A stretch of DNA of 64,000 bases. Source: Lingula anatina (taxonomy: Eukaryota > Animalia > Brachiopoda). The DNA lies in contig CM120642.1 of the NCBI GenBank assembly GCA_051362555.1, positions 4,960,001 through 5,024,000 of the forward strand. Reading direction: 5' to 3'. The notes under the pieces are model-generated. The model ran no database searches, had not been told where the DNA came from, and saw only the letters and a list, made by a program, of their open reading frames with translations. Made by a program: the position numbers and the translations under genes. This document shows positions 1 to 11,189 of the stretch, piece after piece. Within the stretch, counting starts at the first letter, position 1; every line of letters starts with the position of its first letter.

Positions 1-1527
1 ATATTTTTTTCCAAATTTTGATGCAATATTACATAACGTTTAACAGCATAATGACCATCAATTTTTAATAATAAAATATTAGTATTATGGATATTCAGAA
101 AATGTGACTAGCAAAGGTCTTCAGGCCCATGGAACTTCAAAGTCACAACTTGAAAATGCCAAAATGTAAACAAGACAGCACTGTTCTGAAATGTTTTTTT
201 TTTTTCCATTTTTAACACTTTTTTAACATAAGACAAAATTAACAGTTTACTGCCATTTTTATATGATCAACTAAGAAAATTGATGAGATGTGAAAAATAT
301 CAATAAAACGGTGTCAAATGTCCAATTTCCTCCATTCTGAGTTTCTGAACATAGTGAATGATTGAATCTTACAAACTGCAGTGATATGAGTTTATTTCCA
401 TTTTTGAAACTTTATTACACAATACACGATATCAAGTTTACCATCATTTTTACAAAATCAACTAACAATGTTGTAAAGATGCAGGAAATGTCAAACAAAC
501 ACTTTTACTTATCTTATTAATTAAATAATGAAACTGTTAACATGCCTAAAAATTGAATCTGAGGAAATGCGAAACAAGACAGCACTATTCTGAAATGGGT
601 TTATTTCCATTTTTAACACTTTTTTAACATAAAACAAAATTAACAGTTTACTGCCATTTTTATATGATCAACTAAGAAAATTGATGAGATGTGAAAAATA
701 TCAATAGAACAGTGTCAAATGTCCAATTTCCTCCATTCTGAGTTTCTGAACATAGTGAATGATTGAATCTTACAAACTGCAATGATATGAGTTTATTTCC
801 ATTTTTGACACCTTATTACACAATACACGATTACAAGTTTACCATCATTTTTACATAATCAACTAACAATGTTGTAAAGATGCAGGAAATGTCAAACAAA
901 CACTTTTACGTATCTTATTAATTAAATAATGAGACTGTTAACATGCCTAAAAATTGAATCTGAGGAAATGTGAAAAAACAGCATAACTTATAAAATAATG
1001 GTCCGATTATGCTGATTTTCGAACTTGACCTGCGTTTTAGTAAGACTGATTACTCCTGTGAGTTTCATGACAACAGGCCTATGGGTTTTCCTTGAAATGT
1101 GTTAACAGTGTTGCATATATGCTGAAAAGTGAAAAAACAGCATAACTACTAAAATAGTGGCCCGATCATGCCGATTTTCGAACTTGATCTGCGTTTTAGT
1201 AAGATTGATTACTCCTGTGAGTTTCATGACAACAGGCCTATCAGTTTTCCTTGAAATGTGTTAACAGTGTTGCATATATGCTGAAAAGTGAAAAAACAGC
1301 ATAAATTCTACAATAATGGCCCGATCATGCTGATTTTCGAACTTGACCTGTGTTTTATGAATATTCATCAGCTCTGTAAATATAAAGCCAAAAAGTAAAA
1401 CTGTCTTCCACTTATGGTGTTAACGCTGAAAGTGCACGGCGACATGATCGGCGACGGCGACGGCGACGGCGACGACAGACGCAGGTGATGGCAATATGTA
1501 CAGACACATCTGTGTCTGTACATAAAA
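1..1527 (+). mobile_element. HINE/Helentron-like non-autonomous element (3' part) with internal tandem repeats, inside ODR4 intron 4
   Basis: Two ~400-bp tandem units (~170-570, ~572-970), three ~159-bp units (from ~970, 1129, 1288), a (GGCGAC)n microsatellite at ~1450-1475, then a 14-bp-stem terminal hairpin TATGTACAGACACA-TC-TGTGTCTGTACATA (1495-1524) and an A-run. This is the typical HINE 3' layout. Confidence 0.7.
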
Positions 1528-1547
1528 AGGTTTGTGGAAAAGGATAC

Positions 1548-2313
1548 TTTCTGGTTGTATTACATATCTGCAGTAGCACCCTGTCAGTGGTTGGGGGGTC
1601 CCTGTTGTAAAGATTCTGAGCTTTGCTGAGAGCTTTGTGAATTGCAAAAATAAGCTGAAAATATATGTAATTTTTTATCATAATCAAATAAATAAAATAA
1701 ATTTTTCTTCTATCTGATACATAAAATAAAATTTTCAAAAGAGATAAAAGACAACTGTGTGCAATTTAAAGCTAATAGCAAGACAGTGCACATTCCAACA
1801 CATGATGACATATTAAATTCATCAGATGCATACAATACTTGGCACTAACTAAGGAAACAATCCAAACAATTACTACAGTTATCATTAAGGCACAAACCTG
1901 TCTAAGTTTTGCCTGTGCTTTCTGCATCATGTCTGGAGGGGCCATGGCGAAGATTCCAATGACATCCATGCTCCCTGGTAACATACGAACGACCTGCAAA
2001 TATTAGAAAAAGTCTCTAATTACATGATCATACTAATTCATTTGCTCATACAACTTTCAAAATACAACCAGTTAGCTGTATGAGGTTATAATATTTGGAG
2101 CTAAAGATCTTTAAAATGTTTCAAAGATAAATAAATGTAGAATTTATTCTTTTTTCATAAATTTATACAAACTACAACATAAAAATGCACAGGTGAATTC
2201 AAAATATACTTTTTTAATAGGTCTACCAAAAATTAACTGAGTAATTATCTTAATAACAATATCCAATTAAAAATTCTAAAATAAGCAAAGTTAATTTCAG
2301 GATTCTCATACTC

Positions 2314-2375
<62 letters not shown>

Positions 2376-3051
2376 AATACAAAATACAAAATACAAATTA
2401 TCAAATACAAATTATCAGGCACCTGCTTTGCATGGGTCACAACCCAGTGTTCACTGGTCTTATCCAAAGGTGGCATAGAAGACTTTGTTTTTCTGGTCTC
2501 ATCTTTGTCTTCTTCCTCCTCTGGAGGTGGCGTACGTGCCATATGTATTACATAGTCTCTCTGGCTGGTCAGCTGAACAAATAAAGGAATAAATTATAAC
2601 AAAAACGAAATTGACAACATCTTTATATCATATATATCTGTATATCATAAATGTGATCCATGCTTTAATTGACCACATATATGCTTGTGTTTGCGTTTAG
2701 TATACTCAGTACTAGTATATTTTCACCTTTTAAATAAAAGTCACTTGAAAAAGGAAATCGTATTCAAGGCAATTTGAGAAAGTATACTTTGCTGATAGCA
2801 TTATAGTCACTGACACTTTGCTGTAAGGTAATAAATACTAAACTAGTTAGAATAAACACTGCTGCAATGCTCAGCAGTGAATGTGCTGTACACAACAGTT
2901 AGCTACTTGTACTGTACAGTACATGTATGTTATGTACTACTAGTAATGTTACCTGACCAATAATCAATCCCACTAAACACTCCTGTTTTTCTCCATAAAG
3001 TTGCTGAATGTATTTTTCTAGCCTTTCCTCTGCAAGCACAGTTCTCCCCAT
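1548..3051 (-). CDS. ODR4: Protein odr-4 homolog, first four coding exons (3051-2953, 2572-2423, 1993-1898, 1654-1548); the gene continues beyond the window start
   Basis: In-frame spliced translation MGRTVLAEERLEKYIQQL...LVGLIIGQ/LTSQRDYVIHMARTPP...WVVTHAKQ/VVRMLPGSMDVIGIF...KLRQ/LIFAIHKAL... matches the ODR4 N-terminus. GT-AG boundaries and phases are consistent. Confidence 0.9.
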
Positions 3052-3602
3052 TTTAAACTTGCAGTATTTCAACTTGATATTGTTCACACATAAGGTAACC
3101 CTCCGACACAGTCTCTTCAACGTGGAAAGAGAGTACGATCAAATCTCGTGGCGAGATCATGTGACCTAATTTGACAAACATTCATATCTCTTTGAAAAGA
3201 ACAGCTATTAATACTCTCTTATGCTAAGATGCAAAGTTGCCATGTCAGAGAACATACCAGACCATTCAAACAAGTGTTTTAATGAAGACCCAGCTCTTTG
3301 AAAAAACTTAATAAAGCAAAATCTCGTAAAGTCTCGTATTTGTCAACATGGTGAACGGAAGTGAGAAATCTGTCAAATTTTTGTGCAAAAACGCGTGATT
3401 TTCATGATGTAGCTTGTGATTGTGCTTCTAAATTTGACAATTTGCAGATAAGTTCAGGGATTAATCTTACATATTGTTTAGAAAGGTGCTTGTTCGGTTA
3501 TTAACCAAAGTGTCTGTGACGTTGTCACTGATTTCGCACTGCTGGCGGTGCTGTCAGCGTTACTGCTGTTGTTCCTTACAGACTCCGCTGAAGAAGATAA
3601 AA
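3052..3602. promoter_or_regulatory. Bidirectional promoter region between divergent ODR4 and ZDHHC12
   Basis: The start codons are ~550 bp apart head-to-head. CpG is locally enriched, with TCTCG...CGAGA-type motifs (3144-3156, ~3321-3337). Confidence 0.6.
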
Positions 3603-6600
3603 ATGGGGGTTTGCTCATGTTTGTCAGCATTATGTAGGAGGATTCGATGTGGAACACATGTTCTCGTGCGACTCGCTCACACAGGGCTTTCTGTTGGGGT
3701 ACCAGCTACGCTGATTTTCAAGGATTCCAGTAAGTTTATTTGCCATAACATCAACAGTTTAACGTAATAACACAACTGAAAACTACAACTTCTTATTCCT
3801 TCACACACTGTCAGAGTTAAATACATGTTAAATTTTGTTTAGCAGCTTTAATTTTGATTTAAAAAAATCCATCATTGCATCTACATGTAGGCGTGAATTA
3901 TAAGAAAAATAAAGTAATCAGTGAACCGACGTGCACTTCAAAGGAAGATTCAAAAATAATTTTTAGAAAATGTTCTCTGAGATATTATCAAAAACTGTGT
4001 CAAATGTGTTCACTTAAACTGTAATCTTTTTAATTTGTTATTCATTTGTTTTGTAGACTGAGCACAAATGACATACACCTTTTATGTCTTCTAGAAGCTT
4101 GAAAACAGAAAAATGAAATTGTGAATGGCACCAGCTAGTAAAATTTTTTTTGTTTTTGTTTTTTTTTTATTGCAGTTTTACACAAATCTCTGATACTCCA
4201 AGAGGACCTAGCGTATGGGATAGGCTACCTACTGCTGCTTATGTTTTCACTTGCCATGTACTACACTGCTTGTTTTATGGATCCTGGATATGTGCCAGTG
4301 AACAGGAAGGTAGATAATAATAAATGAATACTTTATATGATATTATTATCATTTACAACTTTATTGTAAGCAAATGTACCACAGAAATGGTGATTATAAT
4401 TGATAAACATGGATATTTAATAAATATATAAACAATATAAAGATATAATTTTGGATAACACGTCTAGAAAAAATCTAGAAAAAACAACAATTTTACACCA
4501 CAATATCTTCTCTTTAAAGCAGTTACTATTTATTGTGTTTTTATCTTACTTTATTCCACTTGAACCTCAGCTTTGCAGTGAACTAGATTTTGATTTGTAA
4601 TATAATAGCTCTTTTAATTGAAAGAAATCACTTTGATTCACACAATTGCTCATATGAATGAATAAATAAATTGACTGAATTAATGATATGTATTAAACTG
4701 GGCTGTCATTTATTTTCCAGAAGTCTCTAACCAGTACATCAGACCTGAGTTCAGATGAAGAAGAGGAAGATGATGTTGACAGTGCAGAGAACAGCACCAT
4801 GTTAAAGATCTCTAAAGACAGTGAGGCCCCAGTCAAGCTAAGGAAGTGTGGATTTTGTAATATTGAGGTAAAAGAAAAGAAAGAAATGAAGAATGGATGA
4901 AGTGTGGATTGAAGTAAAATGGGAAATGATAGTTTTGAAAATATTGGCTGTTTATATCCCCTCCCTAAAAAGAAAAAAAGAAACAGGTATTACAAAGTAC
5001 ATGTATGTCAAAAAGTAGAATTTTATTTCTGCACAATCTGCAGATTAACTTTTTTCATGGAGCCATATGCTCTACTTCATTTTCTGTGCAAAAGCAACAG
5101 GTTGTGTCATAATTTCATAAATCGTGCATAACTTAATTATCTATATATCTATACAAAACAAAATGCACGAAGTCCAGTTCTTTTCAGTATCTATACAGCA
5201 GCTTGTCAAATGAAGTCCTGCTCATGTTTGAATTTTCATTTATTACAAATTATTGTTCCTTGCCATTGTTTATCATATCTTTCAGTCCTTATGAAGTGGC
5301 AAAAATAGCAATAATGCAATAACTTTCAGGGGTTTGTTAATATCTTGGGTACAGCATAATTTATAGCATAATACATTTTCAGTAATTTTAATCTTCAAAG
5401 ACACTTACCTGTATTATTTTATGCAAACAGATCTTGACAGTGTTACAGCTGAGGAATTCATCAGCTGTCACGACTGAAAATGTTTATATGGAGATCCTTT
5501 TTGCAAAAGGTTGTATGAAGACATTTTTTATTTAAAATAAGCTAATTGATCTCTCCAGCAACCCATGCGAGCTCGGCACTGCGAAGACTGCGACAGGTGT
5601 GTGTACAAATACGACCATCACTGCCCCTGGCTGGAAACTTGTGTGGGAGAAAAGAATCACAAATACTTCTGGCTCTTCCTCTTCTCCAAGGCTGTCATCA
5701 TATGGTGGACATTGTATATTGCTTGGTAAGGGGACTGGTCATATGGTCAGCTTAGGGTGCATTCAAATAGAACTTATTGTTCAGGCTTCTTGATAGTGTG
5801 CACTAACTCCACAGGAACCCTCCTTAAATGCAATCAGACAAACAGACTGACACACCTACTCTTGTTTCCAACATGCTGGTACGCATATAACCGCCAGCAT
5901 TTTTGTTTGCTACTCAATGCCAGGAGGAGGTGTGTTAATCTGTTTATCTGATTGCATTCAGCAAGAGTCCCCGGGAGATAGTGTGCACAAGCCAGTATGA
6001 TAGATTAATTGTGAATGCAACTTTATTGTCCAGGTTTAATTCACTCTCATGTAAGTGATGTTTTACCAGTGTGATGTCAAAACGATATTTATAAATTAAA
6101 TATTAATGAAAGTTATATTTAATGATAACTTCCGTTGATGTTGATAACAATAATGACGGATCTTTAAAAATTCCCACGGCTCATGCATCTTGATACTAAA
6201 GTGCATCATCTGGTTGATGGTTAAAACCAACAGTATACACATCTTGAAATCCTTGTTAATCAAAATTTAAAATTATTATTTTATGTATTATTATTAAACT
6301 TTCTTTTATGTTACTACTGCTACTATGAAATTTTTAACTTCTTGTCGTAATTTTAGGAAAGCCATAGTGCACACGGATGAATGGAATGAATGGTTCAACC
6401 TCAATGTGCTGTTTGTTCTGGACATCCTAATCCTGATAGTGGGGGGTCTCACAGTGACCGGCCTGCTGACCTTCCACTCTTACTTAATGCTGACCAACAT
6501 GACGACTTGGGAACTGGTCAGTCGAGAAAGAATCACCTACCTGCGTAACTTGGATGAGGAGCTGAACCCATTTCATCAAGGATATTGCCGTAATGCCATC

Positions 6601-6687
6601 ACTTTCTTGTGCAACTGTCGCCTGACGCAGTGGGCCTCTCTCTATGCCAAGAAGCTACGAGAAGAGTTGCCCTCTGGTTTGGTGTGA
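3603..6687 (+). CDS. ZDHHC12: DHHC palmitoyltransferase, ZDHHC12-like (exons 3603-3729, 4176-4309, 4721-4867, 5559-5725, 6357-6687)
   Basis: The spliced ORF contains [47 protein letters not shown] and NMTTWE...NPFHQG. The N-terminal LVRLAHT and the exon layout resemble ZDHHC12. Confidence 0.88.
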
Positions 6688-8406
6688 AGGGTCAAGATTA
6701 GGGTCAAGAGTCAAAGGTGACATATATGTACTTTAAGGTCAAGATCATTTTACCTTTTATTGTAAGTGTATTTCTTATGAATGGTGCTAAATGAAGTAAT
6801 TATATAAGACATCTTAATAACTTGTCTTTGTCAAGTGTTGTCAACAGTGTTGGAGTTGCTGTAGTGGTAAAGACCGTTTCACCACAGAACAAAATCATAA
6901 CCTGTAAATCTAGTACCCCACACAAATTTCTAACTTTGTCAGGTGTGTACAGTATTCCTTTTAAGTTTTGGGGGCATTTGCACAACCTGAAGTCTTACTC
7001 TGAAATATTTTAGCCCCCAAGAGTTCCTACTTTTTTTGAAACTGTAAAATATTGGGTTATTTATATGAGCGTAGTAACAAATCTAGTCTTTTTGTGTGCA
7101 GCATCATATTTAGAGGTCAGCAGTTGTGTAAAGTTTTAACTATAAGTTTCAAATGGACCAATTTTACATCAGCGTGATCAGTCTGTGTCAAATGTACATG
7201 ATAATCATGTAGTACATGTACCAAAGCAGAGAGAAGTTAGAATGCATTAGTATGACATATTGTATTTCTGTAAAGATATTTGCATGGTAAACCCACTTGT
7301 AGATTGAAAAACCTTGTAGTTAATTTTTGAAGGGATGACTATTAAAAGTTGCATTTAAGTGATAACATATTTTTAGTTATGGATCTCAAATGTCATACTT
7401 TTTTTTGTGCAATTTTGTTTTGATAGTAACAACGATAGAACTAGATACAGCTTTACTGATTGTTTTACGTACATGTACCTAGATGTTTATTTATCAAGAA
7501 TTTAGTTTTTGTTACATTTTTATTGGGTAATTAATTTGTATTGGATATTCGAATTTACTGCTGTTCACTTACTAGAATGATACTTTTTTTTTGTACATAG
7601 AATAATTTCCTATTTCTCAGGTAAACTGTCTTTCAATTGTTATCAACAGTGTTCGAATAGAATAGATTAAAAGAGAGAGAAAGGAGGTCCACTATTGATA
7701 ACAAAGACAGCATCAAAATAGAACAAATATCACATTATCAATCAATGAACATTTTCTGTTACAGAATATCATTTTGCAGACTGAACTGACATAGTGACAT
7801 AATCACTTTATACAAGACATGTTTTACAACGTAACTTTCTATTAATTATATGGCTAGCCAGGTCAATGATGGGTAAGACATCAGTTTTATTTTTAAAAGA
7901 AATTTCAGTCAAAAGGGCTGACAGATTTTTATCTGGAAATATTTGGCCAATTAAATTTGTTTGACTTTAATACACCATATTTACAACTCTTGAACTACGT
8001 AAATGTTTATTAAACTTCATATTATTAGAACTGTCTCAAAATTGGGAGGAAAAGCAACAAATTTTACTTACAGTGTTCAGAATGAAATTTCAAAATTTTG
8101 ATTTTAACTCCATTTGTGGTTTTTGAATGACTTAAAGAGACAAAAGTGTCTTTGGGCATGAAGAAAGGTGCCTTGAACATAATCAAAAAGTTTGCACCAA
8201 TAAATTGTCATTAACTTGTCATTTAGTAGTTTAAAAGTTTTTGAAATTGAGTTTCAGATTATTCCTAGAGTAAGTGTAGTTATTTTATCATATTACAAAT
8301 TCTCTACTGCTGCATGTTGGAAAGGATTGGTGTTTTATGCTGTGCATGAATGTGCCTCCATTATTAGAATAATTCCCAGTATTGTAATAAAAATACATTT
8401 GATTAA

Positions 8407-9397
8407 AGGACAACTCAGTGGGTTAGATTAATGTATAGAAGCAGGTTCTATGTAAAACTTTGATCAGATTTGTGTTTTGGGAGATTGTTTATTATTATAT
8501 GAATAAGTCTGGGTCACAAAAGTCCTGTTAAGACAACTAGAATAAAGAATTAGAAAACGAAAACTATTTATCATGATTTCGGAGCACAGCCAGAAGTACT
8601 TCCGGCTCAAGGTCACGACCTCGATTTTCCCACGCTTACGACCAATCACAGCAGGCTTCAGTCAGAATGAGATAGACGTCACGACTACACAGCGAAACTT
8701 GTCAGGCATGTAAGTGCCGCCTGTCCATCTTTTCGGTACATGTACCGATCAAAAACAGAAAACGTAAAACCCAAAACGCTCTTATACACGTAACCAACTT
8801 TGTATGAGCACAGATATTGTCATTTATTGTGAACAGGATAATATGATAATCAGACACACTTGAGACCTGTGAAGCGCATACTCACGTGTCGAGGAGTAGT
8901 TTCGCCATTGCCTCGTATGTGAGTCCTAACTCAGCTTTAAGTGTCCTCCACCGCCCCACCTCCCTCCCAACATACACAGTCTGAGTGCTTCTTCGTCTGT
9001 CTCTAATTTTCTTTCGTATCTTTCGAACTGGAGTGGCTATTTTCTTTCGCCCCCTTTTGTCGCTCTCCTGTTCAGACTTGACGCGCGTCTGAGCCATGTT
9101 TGCTGTTTTGGCGCCAAATAGTAACATCCGGGTCTCAGCCGTAGTACTTCATTCATAGTAAACCGCGAGACTTAGCGAGAAATTGCGCGTTCTGAAGCCG
9201 TACTGTGAGGTGGTAGCTGAGTATTTAAGACGAGTCGTCTTTTATTATTAAATGGAACTTAAAAACGGTATTAGGTAGCTTCATTTTCTGAACGGTTTTG
9301 GATAGGATATACCTTGGTCATTATGGGGAAATTGGTGAGTTTTCCAGGAAAATTCATTTTCGTGCTATTTTAAGGGTTTAACGCGCTGAGACTGTCT
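8407..9397. mobile_element. Kolobok-like non-autonomous DNA transposon (~1 kb)
   Basis: TTAA on both sides (8403-8406, 9398-9401). Ends AGGACAACTCAGTGGGTTA and TAACGCGCTGAGACTGTCT form an imperfect TIR (AG...CTCAG.G.GTTA). The interior is richer in GC and CpG than the flanks. Confidence 0.6.
8886..9097 (-). CDS. Orphan first coding exon inside the Kolobok-like element (basic region plus RW..LK..LG....A..LLD motif)
   Basis: MAQTRVKSEQESDKRGRKK...RWRTLKAELGLTYEAMAKLLLDT is followed directly by the donor GTGAGT at ~8885. From memory, the motif resembles N-termini of transposon-associated and ZNF653-like proteins. Confidence 0.45.
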
Positions 9398-9897
9398 TTA
9401 AAAATACATCTTTTGTCTTGTTTTCACTCAAAGGTATACTGTCCGCATTTCAAAATGCCCCAATGTCATTTTCTTTATAAAAAATATTATGCAAAGCTAC
9501 TTTTTTTTTTCCAATTCATGACCTTAAAAGTTTAAGCACCTGAATTCAACATTACCTTCTGAGAGTACATTCATAGTGACATGATTGTCTAAGTGAATGG
9601 CTCATCATTTTGAACCAAATTATCTTATTAGAAGAAGCATGAAACATGGAATTCAAGTAGACGGAGCAAAGATTCATAAGTTAATTTGGTGGAAAATTCT
9701 AGATTGGATACTTTGAAGCAAGAAGTTATCTTTCATACATCCTTGGACTTGGACCGTCTATTTTATTGTTTTTTAATAACCCTGTGTTAAAAATATAAAA
9801 TTATAATAATATAGTTCATATAATAGTAATAATAACCTTTATTGAGCACTAAATGTGTACATGGTTTGACATTTGCTGGATCACTTTTCTAAGAAGA

Positions 9898-10260
9898 CTG
9901 ACATGCTGAAAACTATTCAGAATGGTCGGACATTTGGACTGGCAGTAATGAAAAATTTGCCGGACCGAATGGATTTTTGTCGGACCAAAAATAACCCTAT
10001 TCGTTTGAGTTAGATATTACCAGTATTATTAGGGTAGCTTACTTTGTTTGTGAATGTGATAGGTTTGAAATGGAAGGGAAAACACGCTTTGGGTCCTATA
10101 CAATTTTATTAGTGAAGTGTGTCGAATGATGACTATAAATTCAAAATTGCAGCTCTTAAAACTCTTTTCGGTCCTTTGGACCCACCAAGTCCAATTTTTT
10201 ACCAGTCCAGACAAATTTTGCCGGTGATGACCGATCGGACCGACAGTTTCAGCATGTCTG
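9898..10260. mobile_element. MITE, possibly hAT-like
   Basis: TIR CTGACATGCTGAAA / TTTCAGCATGTCTG with repeated subterminal CGGACC/GGTCC motifs. The TSD is not clean. Confidence 0.55.
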
Positions 10261-10914
10261 TGAAGAGTAGCATATATATATTATAAAGTTTATTTGGTAT
10301 AAAACTGAGTCCCTGTGTTCTGAATGATGTCAAAAGTACAAGATGTAATGGCATTCATTAGGTGTGTGTGAGGGTTGCCTTCTAAAGTTACTCATCAGAA
10401 AATGAAAAAGGTACACATGAAAGATTGTTATTTTGACCGGCAATTTATTATAAATATCTGACTGAAACTGAATAAAGATACCTTTTGATTTGGAACTGAA
10501 GACGGTAGTTGAGTTATTTTTTTTAGCCTTGCATCACTCCCTGATAATTATTAATCTTTCAATAAATAAGTGAATTAATATATTAAAAATTTTAATAAAA
10601 ATCATAATAATGAAAATAAAAACTTTAAAGAATTAAAAAAAAGTTTTTTTTTTTTTGCTTTTCAGCTGTTCTATCAATATTTCACTTAGTGCTTTTGCAC
10701 AGAGTAACAAAGAGTATGGCACTTTCTAACACCATTCACTCATTTATCTAGTAAACCTGATATGTATATGTATATATATAAAATAGTATGATTAAAAGAT
10801 TTTATGAGCTTTGAAGGCTATACATTTTATCAAGAATGCAATACCAAGAACACTTCATGTCATTATACACAGACAAAACATACCATAATGTTTTTTCATG
10901 TAATTTCTCTTAAA

Positions 10915-10989
<75 letters not shown>

Positions 10990-11189
10990 CTATTTTACTT
11001 TAATGCTTATTAGTCTCTATTACTAACAGAGAGGAAATTATGTCAAATACTACACACACAGTTAGTATTCCAACTACTTCACACAGACCCTTATTTTAAT
11101 ACAAGTTGTACTGCTTGGCTAAAACTTCCACTGGTCAGCACCTCTACCACTCAAGCTGTTCACGTTACACAAAAACTACTGAATTCCCA

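Noticed and set aside
1412-1738. 108-aa ORF with a poly-Arg run
   Set aside because: It is ODR4 exon 4 read through into the intron. The Arg run is the (GGCGAC)n microsatellite of a repeat element.
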